Shown in pieces: positions 1-13,432 of a stretch of DNA of 64,000 bases. Made by a program: the position numbers and the translations under genes. The stretch is from the NCBI GenBank assembly GCA_964016885.1, contig OZ024744.1, forward strand, positions 106,268,001-106,332,000. Reading direction: 5' to 3'. The notes below the pieces were generated by a model, which saw only the letters and a list, made by a program, of their open reading frames with translations, did no database searches and was not told the DNA's origin. The stretch comes from Eledone cirrhosa (Eukaryota). Every line of letters starts with the position of its first letter. The stretch's first letter is position 1.

Positions 1-51
1 TTCTAAAGCTTCTTCTCGACGGCAATAGTTTTTTGAGTAAACTTTAGATAC
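1..51 (-). CDS. CEP104: CEP104 exon, partial (runs off the window): VSKVYSKNYCRREEALE
   Basis: Acceptor ttttattttatttag. Matches VAEAYCKTWSYREDALL (TOG domain HEAT repeat). Confidence 0.88.
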
Positions 52-714
52 CTAAATAAAATAAAATAAAATAAAACTGAGTAGAGATTACTGTACAGAA
101 GGTATTAAGTACTAGGTTGTAGGTAGTTGGTACAATACACATGATACAGAAGGTATTAAGTACTAGGTTGTAGGTAGTTGGTACAATACACATGATACAG
201 AAGGTATTAAGTACTAGGTTGTAGGTAGGGGGTACAATACACATGATACAGAAGGTATTAAGTACTAGGTTGTAGGTAGTTGGTACAATACACATGATAT
301 AGAAGGTATTAAGTACTAGGTTGTAGGTAGTTGGTACAATACACATGATATAGAAGGTATTAAGTACTAGATTGTAGGTAGTTGGTACAATACACATGAT
401 ATAGAAGGTATTAAGTACTAGGTTGTAGGTAGTTGGTACAATACACATGATATAGAAGGTATTAAGTACTACGTTCTAGGTAGGTGGTACAATACATATG
501 ATATAGAAGGTATTAAGTACTAGGTTCTAGGTAGTTGGTACAATACACATGATATAGAAGGTATTAAGTACTAGGTTGTAGGTAGTTGGTACAATACACA
601 TGATATAGAAGGTATTAAGTACTACGTTCTAGGTAGTTGGTACAATACACATGATATAGAAGGTATTAAGTACTAGGTTGTAGGTAGTTGGTACAATACA
701 CATGATATAGAAGG

Positions 715-2752
715 TGTAGCGGTTGTCTCCCTTGTTTTGATTAGGATCTAGACGGGAAGTGGAACCCTTTCTGCGACTTCCGGTCAGAGCCCTATAAAAC
801 TAACAACGTTAAGCTTCCTCTCTCTCTCTTTGCCTTTTCGGCACCAGGTCAAGAGTCTTCTCATTTGGCTCTGCCATTAATTTGGCCAACAGGCGCCTGG
901 CCTTAGCCAGGCGCCCTCTGCCAGCCGCGTTTGCCTGGCAATCAAAACGGTAACTACTAACTTTGTTTCATTCTAACATCTATCTTTGACATGTCAAGTA
1001 TTCTATCTACCGTTAATTAAATATTATATACACAAACATTGTCTCGTTTTGTTACATTCATACAATCCCAGTATCTCCGCTATATTGGTGACCCCGACGT
1101 GATACGAACACGCAGCCGTTCATCGCTATAAGTGGTCACCCCCCAAAAAAGAAAAAAATAGCACATCTGGTTGTGTGAGTAACATTACGAATACACAGCA
1201 AATTTAGCGACAAACTATGAAAATACTCAAGGACACGCACACACGCACATGTGGAATTCGCACAAACATACTTTTTCTCTCACGCATCAATTAACTGTCG
1301 CATTTCACCAATATATATATATATGTTTCTCGTTTCTTACAACGAACACTTTCAAAACACAAAAAAAAAAAAAAAGAAATTTGATATTCTTTAAAAAACA
1401 TTTCAACAGGAACATTTATTTTCGATGAACCATTGCCTTTTGTTCATCGTTTTTTGTTTTTTTCCAAAGTTCACACCTATAATTATGCTGATTGAAGCCT
1501 TTCTTTTTCATCATTGTCACTTTCAAAATTGCACTATCATTTTCTCGCGCGTTAGAAATATTTTTTTTCAACCTTGTATTGGCACGTGTAGGCAGCATAA
1601 ATTCTCGATTCACTGAGATGTCTCTTCTCACAGACAGCCGCACGCCAGAGATAGCATTTCTCCCCCAAGGATTCTTCAGCCTTAAGCTATATTCTTCTAT
1701 TTGCCGGTTTATAAATTTACAATGTAAATTTACCGTTGATAACCGCGCATTTATTAAGAATGCTTATTTCTCTGGTCGCTGGCCTCTTGACCCTTCCAGG
1801 TCAACGCATTCTCAACATCGACCATCAACTTCGGCTGCTATTTCTAGCACTTTGCGCAACTCATTTTTTTCTAAAAAAAAAAAATTTTTTTTACTGTGAA
1901 TTTAAACACCGAATACGCTCACTCAGCGAGACAACAGCAGCAGCAACAGCAATATAACAGCAACAGCAATACATCAACACAGCTTCACCAAAGCCAGAGA
2001 ATTTATTTTTGCAGCACTCTTCCTGTGAGAAAATCCATTCGGAGGTTGGAAATTTCACGATATACCACAGAACAGAAACCACCTGCATTCATTCTCTGGA
2101 ACACACTTTCTTTCCTGCTGTCATGTGATTGCACACCTGTGAACTATATTTTGAACTTTGAGCTCTTCTATTACTTTTACTTTATTACATTGTATCTTTG
2201 GGTGATGGATAGATGGATGTCCAGTCGTTCTCTGGCCAAGAGCGGTTGGCTACCTTGATATCTATCATTGATTTTTCCAGACATTCTTTTGTCGTAATTT
2301 TCATGCCTGTTACAACATTCTCGCCAACTTGCTACATATTTTCATTTCGATTTTTATACACTAAAATTCTGGCGGGAGGTTATGTAGCGGTTGTCTCCCT
2401 TGTTTTGATTAGGATCTAGACGGGAAGTGGAACCCTTTCTGCGACTTCCGGTCAGAGCCTTATAAAACTAACAACGTTAAGCTTCCTCTCTCTCTCTTTG
2501 CCTTTTCGGCACCAGGTCAAGAGTCTTCTCATTTGGCTCTGCCATTAATTTGGCCAACAGGCGCCTGGCCTTAGCCAGGCGCCCTCTGCCAGCCGCGTTT
2601 GCCTGGCAATCAAAACGGTAACTACTAACTTTGTTTCATTCTAACATCTATCTTTGACATGTCAAGTATTCTATCTACCGTTAATTAAATATTATATACA
2701 CAAACATTGTCTCGTTTTGTTACATTCATACAATCCCAGTATCTCCGCTATA
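715..2752 (+). mobile_element. Young non-autonomous LTR retroelement (TRIM/LARD-like)
   Basis: 370-bp LTRs at 715-1084 and 2383-2752 (one mismatch seen), AAGG TSD, tRNA-Trp PBS from 1086, PPT ggcgggagg at 2371, tataaaa in U3, and a 1.3-kb interior with no recognisable gag/pol. Confidence 0.93.
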
Positions 2753-5294
2753 AAGGTATTAAGTACTAGGTTGTAGGTAGTTGGTACAATACACATGATA
2801 TAGAAGGTATTAAGTACTAGGTTGTAGGTAGTTGGTACAATACACATGATATAGAAGGTATTAAGTACTAGGTTGTAGGTAGTTGGTACAAAACACATGA
2901 TATAGAAGGTATTAAGTACTAGGTTGTAGGTAGTTGGTACAATACACATGATATAGAAGGTATTAAGTACTATGTTCTAGGTAGGTGGTACAATACATAT
3001 GATATAGAAGGTATTAAGTACTAGGTTCTAGGTAGTTGGTACAATACACATGATATAGAAGGTATTAAGTACTACGTTCTAGGTAGTTGGTACAATACAT
3101 ATGATATAGAAGGTATTAAGTACTAGGTTCTAGGTAGTTGGTACAATACACATGATATAGAAGGTATTAAGTACTTCGTTCTAGGTAGTTGGTACAATAC
3201 ATATGATATAGAAGGTATTAAGTACTAGGTTCTAGGTAGTTGGTACAATACATATGATATAGAAGGTATTAAGTACTACGTTCTAGGTAGTTGGTACAAT
3301 ACATATGATATAGAAGGTATTAAGTACTAGGTTCTAGGTAGTTGGTACAATACACATGATATAGAAGGTATTAAGTACTAGGTTCTAGGTAGTTGGTACA
3401 ATACATATGATATAGAAGGTATTAAGTACTACGTTCTAGGTAGTTGGTACAATACATATGATATAGAAGGTATTAAGTACTAGGTTCTAGGTAGGTGGTA
3501 CAATACACATGATATAGAAGGTATTAAGTACTAGGTTGTAGGTAGGTGGTACAATACACATGATATAGAAGGTATTAAGTACTAGGTTGTAGGTAGTTGG
3601 TACAATACACATGATACAGAAGGTATTAAGTACTAGGTTGTAGGTAGTTGGTACAATACACATGATACAGAAGGTATTAAGTACTAGGTTGTAGGTAGTT
3701 GGTACAATACACATGATACAGAAGGTATTAAGTACTACTTTCTAGGTAGTTGGTACAATACACATGATATAGAAGGTATTAAGTACTAGGTAGTTGGTAG
3801 TTGGTACAATACACATGGTACAGAAGGTATTAAGTACTAGGTTCTAGGTAGTTGGTACAATACACATGTTACAGAAGGTATTAAGTACTAGGTTGTAGGT
3901 AGTTGGTACAATACACATGGTACAGAAGGTATTAAGTACTAGGTTCTAGGTAGTTGGTACAATACACATGATACAGAAGGTATTAAGTACTAGGTTGTTG
4001 GTAGTTGGTACAATACACATGATATAGAAGGTATTAAGTACTGGGTTCTAGGTAGTTGGTACAATACACATGATATAGAAGGTATTAAGTACTAGGTTCT
4101 AGGTAGGTGGTACAATACACATGATATAGAAGGTATTAAGTACTACGTTCTAGGTAGTTGGTACAATACACATGATATAGAAGGTATTAAGTACTAGGTT
4201 GTAGGTAGTTGGTACAATACACATGATACAGAAGGTATTAAGTACTAGGTTGTAGGTAGGTGGTACAATACACATGATATAGAAGGTATTAAGTACTACG
4301 TTCTAGGTAGTTGGTACAATACACATGATATAGAAGGTATTAAGTACTAGGTTGTAGGTAGTTGGTACAATACACATGATACAGAAGGTATTAAGTACTA
4401 GGTTGTAGGTAGTTGGTACAATACACATGATATAGAAGGTATTAAGTACTAGGTTCTAGGTAGGTGGTACAATACACATGATATAGAAGGTATTAAGTAC
4501 TAGGTTCTAGGTAGTTGGTACAATACACATGTTACAGAAGGTATTAAGTACTAGGTTGTAGGTAGTTGGTACAATACACATGGTACAGAAGGTATTAAGT
4601 ACTAGGTTCTAGGTAGTTGGTACAATACACATGATATAGAAGGTATTAAGTACTAGGTTCTAGGTAGTTGGTACAATACACATGTTACAGAAGGTATTAA
4701 GTACTAGGTTGTAGGTAGTTGGTACAATACACATGGTACAGAAGGTATTAAGTACTAGGTTGTAGGTAGTTGGTACAATACACATGATACAGAAGGTATT
4801 AAGTACTAGGTTGTAGGTAGTTGGTACAATACACATGATATAGAAGGTATTAAGTACTAGGTTGTAGGTAGTTGGTACAATACACATGATACAGAAGGTA
4901 TTAAGTACTAGGTTGTAGGTAGTTGGTACAATACACATGATATAGAAGGTATTAAGTACTAGGTTCTAGGTAGTTGGTACAATACACATGATATAGAAGG
5001 TATTAAGTACTAGGTTGTAGGTAGTTGGTACAATACACATGATATAGAAGGTATTAAGTACTAGGTTGTAGGTATTTGGTACAATACACATGATATAGAA
5101 GGTATTAAGTACTAGATTGTAGGTAGTTGGTACAATACATATGATATAGAAGGTATTAAGTACTAGGTTCTAGGTAGTTGGTACAATACACATGATATAG
5201 AAGGTATTAAGTACTACGTTCTAGGTAGGTGGTACAATACACATGATATAGAAGGTATTAAGTACTAGGTTGTAGGTATTTGGGAAAATACACA

Positions 5295-5928
5295 TGTCGC
5301 AAGAGTTGCCTCCCTTGTTGTGATGATCACATCACCAATAGGGTAACGCTCTCTAGACAGGAAGTAGCTGGAGTTGCTTCCCGTTGGGGTGGCAGAACCC
5401 TTTTTGTCACTTCCGTCCGGAGACCCTATAAAAGGGACAGGTCAGGGCGATCTTACTCTCTCGCCTCCTAAATCCCAAAGTGTTAACAACACCTGCGACC
5501 TTGTCATGAGATGACTCCTCCCCCATTTCCTTTGCCACTCAAGAAGAATGCCACCGGCAGCCTAAGAATATGTTAACACCTCCAAGAGAAGATCTCTGTT
5601 CTTCTCCACATACTTCAGCCTAGGAGTTGTGACCAACGGGTAACCATTTATTTATATTAATCCATTTGACTTCTGTGAAGTAAAACCTTGTCACAACACA
5701 CACCGGCATTTATTGTCATTTCTGATAATGCATATATGTACACCGATACTAATCTCCTCAGTGCATTATCAGAAATGACAATAACTCCCTTTTATAGGAT
5801 CTCCGGACAGAAGTGACAAAAAGGGCTCTCCCACCTCAACGGGAAGCAACTCCAGCTGCTTCCTGTCTAGAGAGTGTTACCCTATTGGTGATGTGATCAT
5901 CACAACAAGGGACGCAACTCTTGCTACA
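5295..5928. mobile_element. LTR-derived fold-back element with ~145-bp inverted ends
   Basis: Starts tgtcgcaagag, ends ctcttgctaca, CACA TSD. Shares motifs with the LTR at 715 (ctcccttgtt, tctagacRggaagt, acttccg, ccctataaaa). Confidence 0.8.
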
Positions 5929-6744
5929 CACATGATATAGAAGGTATTAAGTACTAGATTGTAGGTAGTTGGTACAATACATATGATATAGAAGGTATTA
6001 AGTACTAGGTTGTAGGTAGTTGGTACAATACACATGATACAGAAGGTATTAAGTACTAGGTTGTAGGTAGTTGGTACAATACACATGATATAGAAGGTAT
6101 TAAGTACTAGGTTGTAGGTAGTTAGTACAATACACATGGTACAGAAGGTATTAAGTACTAGGTTGTAGGTAGTTGGTACAATACACATGATACAGAAGGT
6201 ATTAAGTACTAGGTTGTAGGGAGTTGGTACAATACACATGATACAGAAGGTATTAAGTACTAGGTTGTAGGTAGTTGGTACAATACACATGATACAGAAG
6301 GTATTAAGTACTAGGTTGTAGGTAATTGGTACAATACACATGATACCGAAGGTATTAAGTACTAGGTTGTAGGTAGTTGGTACAATACACATGATACAGA
6401 AGGTATTAAGTACTAGGTTATAGATAGTTGGTACAATACACATGATATAGAAGGTATTAAGTACTAGGTTCTAGGTAGTTGGTACAATACACATGATACA
6501 GAAGGTATTAAGTAGTAGGTTCTAGGTAGTTGGTACAATACACATGATACAAATTTTAGGTACACAGCACATACGTGGTGTAAAATTTGAAGTAGAAGGT
6601 ACTAAATTGAGAACGAAACTTTAATATTTGAACTCCAAGGTACAACATTTTAGAAATAAGTCACAAGACACAGTACAAAGTACAAGCGGTTAATACATAT
6701 CACAAGATCCTGTTGTAACACCAAAAATACCTGAATGTTTAGAT

Positions 6745-9700
6745 CTGTTGGTACCTCATTCATTCTACTACACACCTCTTGCATCTGTCTACATGTTTGT
6801 ACACTCTACTACACACCTCTTACACCTGTCTACCTGTTGCTCCCTCATTAACTCTACTACACACCTCTTACACCTGTCTACCTGTTGCTCCCTCATTAAC
6901 TCTACTACACAACTCTTACACCTGTCTACCTGTTACTCCCTCATTAACTCTACTACACACCTCTTACACCTGTCTACCTGTTTCTCCCTCATTAACTCTA
7001 CTACACACCTCTTACACCTGTCTACCTGTTGCTCCCTCATTAACTCTACTACACACCTCTTACACCTGTCTACCTGTTTCTCCCTCATTAACTCTACTAC
7101 ACACCTCTTACACCTGTCTACCTGTTTCTCCCTCATTAACTCTACTACACACCTCTTACACCTGTCTACCTGTTTCTCCCTCATTAACTCTACTACACAC
7201 CTCTTACACCTGTCTACCTGTTTCTCCCTCATTAACTCTACTACACACCTCTTACACCTGTCTACCTGTTGCTCCCTCATTAACTCTACTACACACCTCT
7301 TACACCTGTCTACCTGTTTCTCCCTCATTAACTCTACTACACACCTCTTACACCTGTCTACCTGTTTCTCCCTCATTAACTCTACTACACACCTCTTACA
7401 CCTGTCTACCTGTTGCTCCCTCATTAACTCTACTACACACCTCTTACACCTGTCTACCTGTTTCTCCCTCATTAACTCTACTACACACCTCTTACACCTG
7501 TCTACCTGTTGCTCCCTCATTAACTCTACTACACACCTCTTACACCTGTCTACCTGTTTCTCCCTCATTAACTCTACTACACACCTCTTACACCTGTCTA
7601 CCTGTTTCTCCCTCATTAACTCTACTACACACCTCTTACACCTGTCTACCTGTTGCTCCCTCATTAACTCTACTACACACCTCTTACACCTGTCTACCTG
7701 TTGCTCCCTCATTAACTCTACTACACACCTCTTACACCTGTCTACCTGTTGGTACCTCATTAACTCTACTACACACCTCTTACACCTGTCTACCTGTTGC
7801 TCCCTCATTAACTCTACTACACACCTCTTACACCTGTCTACCTGTTTCTCCCTCATTAACTCTACTACTCACCTCTTACACCTGTCTACCTGTTGCTCCC
7901 TCATTAACTCTACTACAAACCTCTTACACCTGTCTACCTGTTGGTACCTCATTAACTCTACTACACACCTCTTACACCTGTCTACCTGTTGGTACATCAT
8001 TAACTCTACTACACACCTCTTACACCTGTCTACCTGTTGCTCCCTCATTAACTCTACTACACACCTCTTACACCTGTCTACCTGTTGGTACCTCATTAAC
8101 TCTACTACACACCTCTTACACCTGTCTACCTGTTGGTACCTCATTAACTCTACTACACACCTCTTACACCTGTCTACCTGTTGCTCCCTCATTAACTCTA
8201 CTACACACCTCTTACACCTGTCTACCTGTTTCTCCCTCATTAACTCTACTACACACCTCTTACACCTGTCTACCTATTGCTCCCTCATTAACTCTACTAC
8301 ACACCTCTTACACCTGTCTACCTGTTGGTACCTCGTTAACTCTACTACACACCTCTTACACCTGTCTACCTGTTTCTCCCTCATTAACTCTACTACACAC
8401 CTCTTACACCTGTCTACCTATTGCTCCCTCATTAACTCTACTACACACCTCTTACACCTGTCTACCTGTTGGTACCTCATTAACTCTACTACACACCTCT
8501 TACACCTGTCTACCTGTTGGTACCTCATTAACTCTACTACACACCTCTTACACCTGTCTACCTGTTTCTCCCTCATTAACTCTACTACACACCTCTTACA
8601 CCTGTCTACCTGTTACTCCCTCATTAACTCTACTACACACCTCTTACACCTGTCTACCTATTGCTCCCTCATTAACTCTACTACACACCTCTTACACCTG
8701 TCTACCTGTTGGTACCTCATTAACTCTACTACACACCTCTTACACCTGTCTACCTGTTGGTACCTCATTAACTCTACTACACACCTCTTACACCTGTCTA
8801 CCTGTTGCTCCCTCATTAACTCTACTACACACCTCTTACACCTGTCTACCTGTTGGTACCTCATTAACTCTACTACACACCTCTTACACCTGTCTACCTG
8901 TTTCTCCCTCATTAACTCTACTACACACCTCTTACACCTGTCTACCTGTTGGTACCTCATTAACTCTACTACACACCTCTTACACCTGTCTACCTGTTGC
9001 TCCCTCATTAACTCTACTACACACCTCTTACACCTGTCTACCTGTTTCTCCCTCATTAACTCTACTACACACCTCTTACACCTGTCTACCTGTTGGTACC
9101 TCATTAACTCTACTACACACCTCTTACACCTGTCTACCTGTTGGTACCTCATTAACTCTACTACACACCTCTTACACCTGTCTACCTGTTGCTCCCTCAT
9201 TAACTCTACTACACACCTCTTACACCTGTCTACCTGTTGGTACCTCATTAACTCTACTACACACCTCTTACACCTGTCTACCTGTTGCTCCCTCATTAAC
9301 TCTACTACACACCTCTTACACCTGTCTACCTGTTGCTCCCTCATTAACTCTACTACACACCTCTTACACCTGTCTACCTGTTTCTCCCTCATTAACTCTA
9401 CTACACACCTCTTACACCTGTCTACCTGTTGGTACCTCATTAACTCTACTACACACCTCTTACACCTGTCTACCTGTTGCTCCCTCATTAACTCTACTAC
9501 ACACCTCTTACACCTGTCTACCTGTTTCTCCCTCATTAACTCTACTACACACCTCTTACACCTGTCTACCTGTTGGTACCTCATTAACTCTACTACAGAC
9601 CTCTTACACCTGTCTACCTGTTGGTACCTCATTAACTCTACTACACACCTCTTACACCTGTCTACCTGTTGGTACCTCATTAACTCTACTACACACCTCT

Positions 9701-11537
9701 TACACCTGTCTACCTGTTGCTCCCTCATTAACTCTACTACACACCTCTTACACCTGTCTACCTGTTGGTACCTCATTAACTCTACTACACACCCCTTACA
9801 CCTGTCTACCTGTTGCTCCCTCATTAACTCTACTACACACCTCTTACACCTGTCTACCTGTTGCTCCCTCATTAACTCTACTACACACCTCTTACACCTG
9901 TCTACCTGTTGGTACCTCATTAACTCTACTACACACCTCTTACACCTGTCTACCTGTTGCTCCCTCATTAACTCTACTACACACCTCTTACACCTGTCTA
10001 CCTGTTGCTCCCTCATTAACTCTACTACACACCTCTTACACCTGTCTACCTGTTTCTCCCTCATTAACTCTACTACACACCTCTTACACCTGTCTACCTG
10101 TTGGTACCTCATTAACTCTACTACACACCTCTTACACCTGTCTACCTGTTGGTACCTCATTAACTCTACTACACACCTCTTACACCTGTCTACCTGTTTC
10201 TCCCTCATTAACTCTACTACACACCTCTTACACCTGTCTACCTGTTGCTCCCTCATTAACTCTACTACACACCTCTTACACCTGTCTACCTGTTGGTACC
10301 TCATTAACTCTACTACACACCTCTTACACCTGTCTACCTGTTGCTCCCTCATTAACTCTACTACACACCTCTTACACCTGTCTACCTGTTGCTCCCTCAT
10401 TAACTCTACTACACACCTCTTACACCTGTCTACCTGTTTCTCCCTCATTAACTCTACTACACACCTCTTACACCTGTCTACCTGTTGCTCCCTCATTAAC
10501 TCTACTACACACCTCTTACACCTGTCTACCTGTTGGTACCTCATTAACTCTACTACACACCTCTTACACCTGTCTACCTGTTGCTCCCTCATTAACTCTA
10601 CTACACACCTCTTACACCTGTCTACCTGTTGCTCCCTCATTAACTCTACTACACACCTCTTACACCTGTCTACCTGTTGGTACCTCATTAACTCTACTAC
10701 ACACCTCTTACACCTGTCTACCTGTTGCTCCCTCATTAACTCTACTGCACACCTCTTACACCTGTCTACCTGTTGCTCCCTCATTAACTCTACTACACAC
10801 CTCTTACACCTGTCTACCTGTTTCTCCGTCATTAACTCTACTACACACCTCTTACACCTGTCTACCTGTTGGTACCTCATTAACTCTACTACACACCTCT
10901 TACACCTGTCTACCTGTTGGTACCTCATTAACTCTACTACACACCTCTTACACCTGTCTACCTGTTGGTACCTCATTAACTCTACTACACACCTCTTACA
11001 CCTGTCTACCTGTTGCTCCCTCATTAACTCTACTACACACCTCTTACACCTGTCTACCTGTTGGTACCTCATTAACTCTACTACACACCTCTTACACCTG
11101 TCTACCTGTTGATCCCTCATTAACTCTACTACATACCTCTTACACCTGTCTACCTGTTGCTCCCTCATTAACTCTACTACACACCTCTTACACCTGTCTA
11201 CCTGTTTCTCCCTCATTAACTCTACTACACACCTCTTACACCTGTCTACCTGTTGCTCCCTCATTAACTCTACTACACACCTCTTACACCTGTCTACCTG
11301 TTGCTCCCTCATTAACTCTACTACACACCTCTTACACCTGTCTACCTGTTGGTACCTCATTAACTCTACTACACACCTCTTACACCTGTCTACCTGTTGC
11401 TCCCTCATTAACTCTACTACACACCTCTTACACCTGTCTACCTGTTGCTCCCTCATTAACTCTACTACACACCTCTTACACCTGTCTACCTGTTGCTCCC
11501 TCATTAACTCTACTACACACCTCTTACACCTGTCTAC
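6745..11537. repeat. 48-bp minisatellite, about 100 copies
   Basis: Unit ttaactctactacacacctcttacacctgtctacctg[ttgctcc/tttctcc/ttggtac]ctca. Confidence 0.97.
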
Positions 11538-11656
11538 ACCTTCAATGGTAATTCCTATTTTTCATATAACATTTCTTTCATTCAGCAACATTGAAACAAA
11601 TGTTGCAAGTGAGAGGCGTCAAGTGTCTTAATAAACCAAAATGAATTAAATATAAT

Positions 11657-12020
11657 TAATTGTTTCTACTTTTGGCACAAGGCCAGCAATTATCCCTGTG
11701 TATTACTGGTACTTTATTTTATCGACCCCGTAAGGATGAAAGGCAAAGTTAACCTTGGCGTGATTTGAACTCGGAATGTAAAGGGCCGTAACTCTATGCT
11801 GCAAAGCATGGTGTTAAACCCTTTACTGATAATTGTTTCTACTTTTGACACAAGACCAGCAATTATCTCAGTGTATTACTGGTACTTTATTTTATCGACC
11901 CTGTAAGGATGAAAGGCAAAGTTAACCTCGGCGGGATTTGAACTCAGATCATAAAGGGAAGTAACTCTCTGCGTCAAAGCATGGCGTCCGACCCTCTACC
12001 GATACTGCCAAATCCACCGA
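11657..12020 (-). mobile_element. Two tandem copies of tRNA-derived SINE family A (~190 bp)
   Basis: On the minus strand: A box tggcagtatcgg, B box gagttcaaatccc, body gcctttcatccttacggggtcgataaaataaagtaccag, tail gtagaaacaattat. Confidence 0.85.
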
Positions 12021-12959
12021 TATCTACTGATAATAATACCAAATTTGAAAACAATTAATGTTACTTAGGGATGATAAATTAATCATTGTATTAAGTCATT
12101 TAATGAGATGAATATTATGACAATCTAAACGAAATAAATGTGAAATTAAAAATATATATATATTTTTAATTATTAAAACATTTTAAATACAGAATATGAA
12201 GCATAAATTTTTATTAAATTATAATTTTGACATTTTTCTTTATTTTCTGGGTGGGGGTGGGGGTGGGGGTGGGGGTGAGTATTACGGGGGGGGGGGGGTT
12301 TAAAACAAAAATAAAGAACATTTTTCTGTTAAAGCAATTGGTGATGATGATTAATTGGTGATGATGATTAATTGGTGATGATGATTAATTGGTGATGATG
12401 ATTAATTGGTGATGATGATTAAGAACAAAAAGAAGGAGGAGGAGGAGGAGGAGGAGTGCAAGGCTAGTGGTGAAGATATCCAAGGTGCTGTACTGTGAGG
12501 CCCAACTCAGTTCGGTACACCATACATTCAATAAAGTTAAATCTTCCTCTCACATAATATTCTGCACGATAATATTGGAGTCTTTTTTTAAATAATTAAA
12601 TAACAATCATGGCTTTATTTTTCTTTGTTTTCTTTTATATTCATGTTTTTATTGAAAATTTAACAAAGGAAATGAATTTTAAAATATCTTCTGAAGTGAA
12701 ACAAAATTTCTGAGAAAGTTATTTTACTAAGAGGCTGAGTTCAAATCCCGCCGAGGTTAACTTTGCCTTTCATCCTTACGGGGGTCGATAAAATAAAGTA
12801 CCAGTAATGTACTGGGTAATTGCTGGCCTTGTGCCAAAAGTAGAAACAATTATTAATATTCGAAAAACTCAGATTACATTTATTGTATTCAGCCATGTAG
12901 AATGATAAACTATTTGTTAGTTATTTGAATATGGTAAAACTGGCCATTAATCGCTCGTA

Positions 12960-13325
12960 TACAGGAAACTGACTGGCCTATCTGCTGATATGCAAATCTG
13001 GCTGATCAGTGGGTCTGCTAATATGCAGATCTGACTGATCAACTAGTCTGCTAATATACAAATCAGGCCGCTTAGTCACTGTATATTTTAGAAAATATCA
13101 TATATTTTCACTAGCTCTGACAGTTGGCAGGTAAGCAGTAAACTGTACTGATGAAGGGTAATCACCCAGAAACATTAGTGTCTGCAGTTCTATTTACATG
13201 CCAACACAAGAGCAAGAATGAGTGGCTCATTCTACTGACATGGCTTTAAAAAAGAGGCTTGTTTGCATAATTGCAAACAAATCGAATATTATTATTAATA
13301 TTTGAAAAATTCAGATAACATTTAC
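12960..13325 (+). mobile_element. Penelope-like pLTR-type repeat carrying a hammerhead; second, internally deleted copy at about 58080-58385
   Basis: Sequence shared with 58080-58385 (ggcctatctgctg...tatcatatattttcactagctct...tactgatgaagg). Confidence 0.6.
13141..13189 (+). ncRNA. Minimal type-I hammerhead ribozyme
   Basis: Stem I aactgta/tgcagtt, core CTGATGA, stem II gggt-aatc-accc (closed by an A.A mismatch), GAAAC, short stem III attagt, cleavage triplet GTC. Confidence 0.7.
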
Positions 13326-13432
13326 AATAAACCAGACATCGACACCAACAACAACAACTACAGCAGCATCCAAAACAATCACAACCACTCCAGGAAAAGA
13401 CTATGAATAAGATTTAAAAAACATTTATTTAC

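Larger units (their letters stand above)
91..6551. repeat. 51-bp minisatellite (about 74 copies) interrupted by two LTR-type inserts
   Basis: Unit agaaggtattaagtactaggttgtaggtagttggtacaatacacatgatat, in blocks 91-714, 2753-5294 and 5929-6551. Confidence 0.97.

Noticed and set aside
1416-2419. Short ORFs inside the non-autonomous LTR element
   Set aside because: They have no gag, protease, RT or env motifs and the composition is low-complexity.
44-6443. MCIVPTTYNLVLNTF repeat ORFs
   Set aside because: They are 51-bp satellite translations, frequently broken by TAG variants.
91-11537. CRISPR-like appearance of the regular repeats
   Set aside because: There are no unique spacers and no cas genes, and the context is a eukaryotic intron.
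6802-11537. CAGGT motifs in each 48-bp unit (minus strand) as recursive splice sites
   Set aside because: There is no upstream polypyrimidine tract; the context is purine-rich.
6748-11551. ORFs of 1454, 1590 and 948 aa
   Set aside because: They are translations of a 48-bp tandem unit lacking stops, inside an intron of CEP104, with no evidence of being genes.
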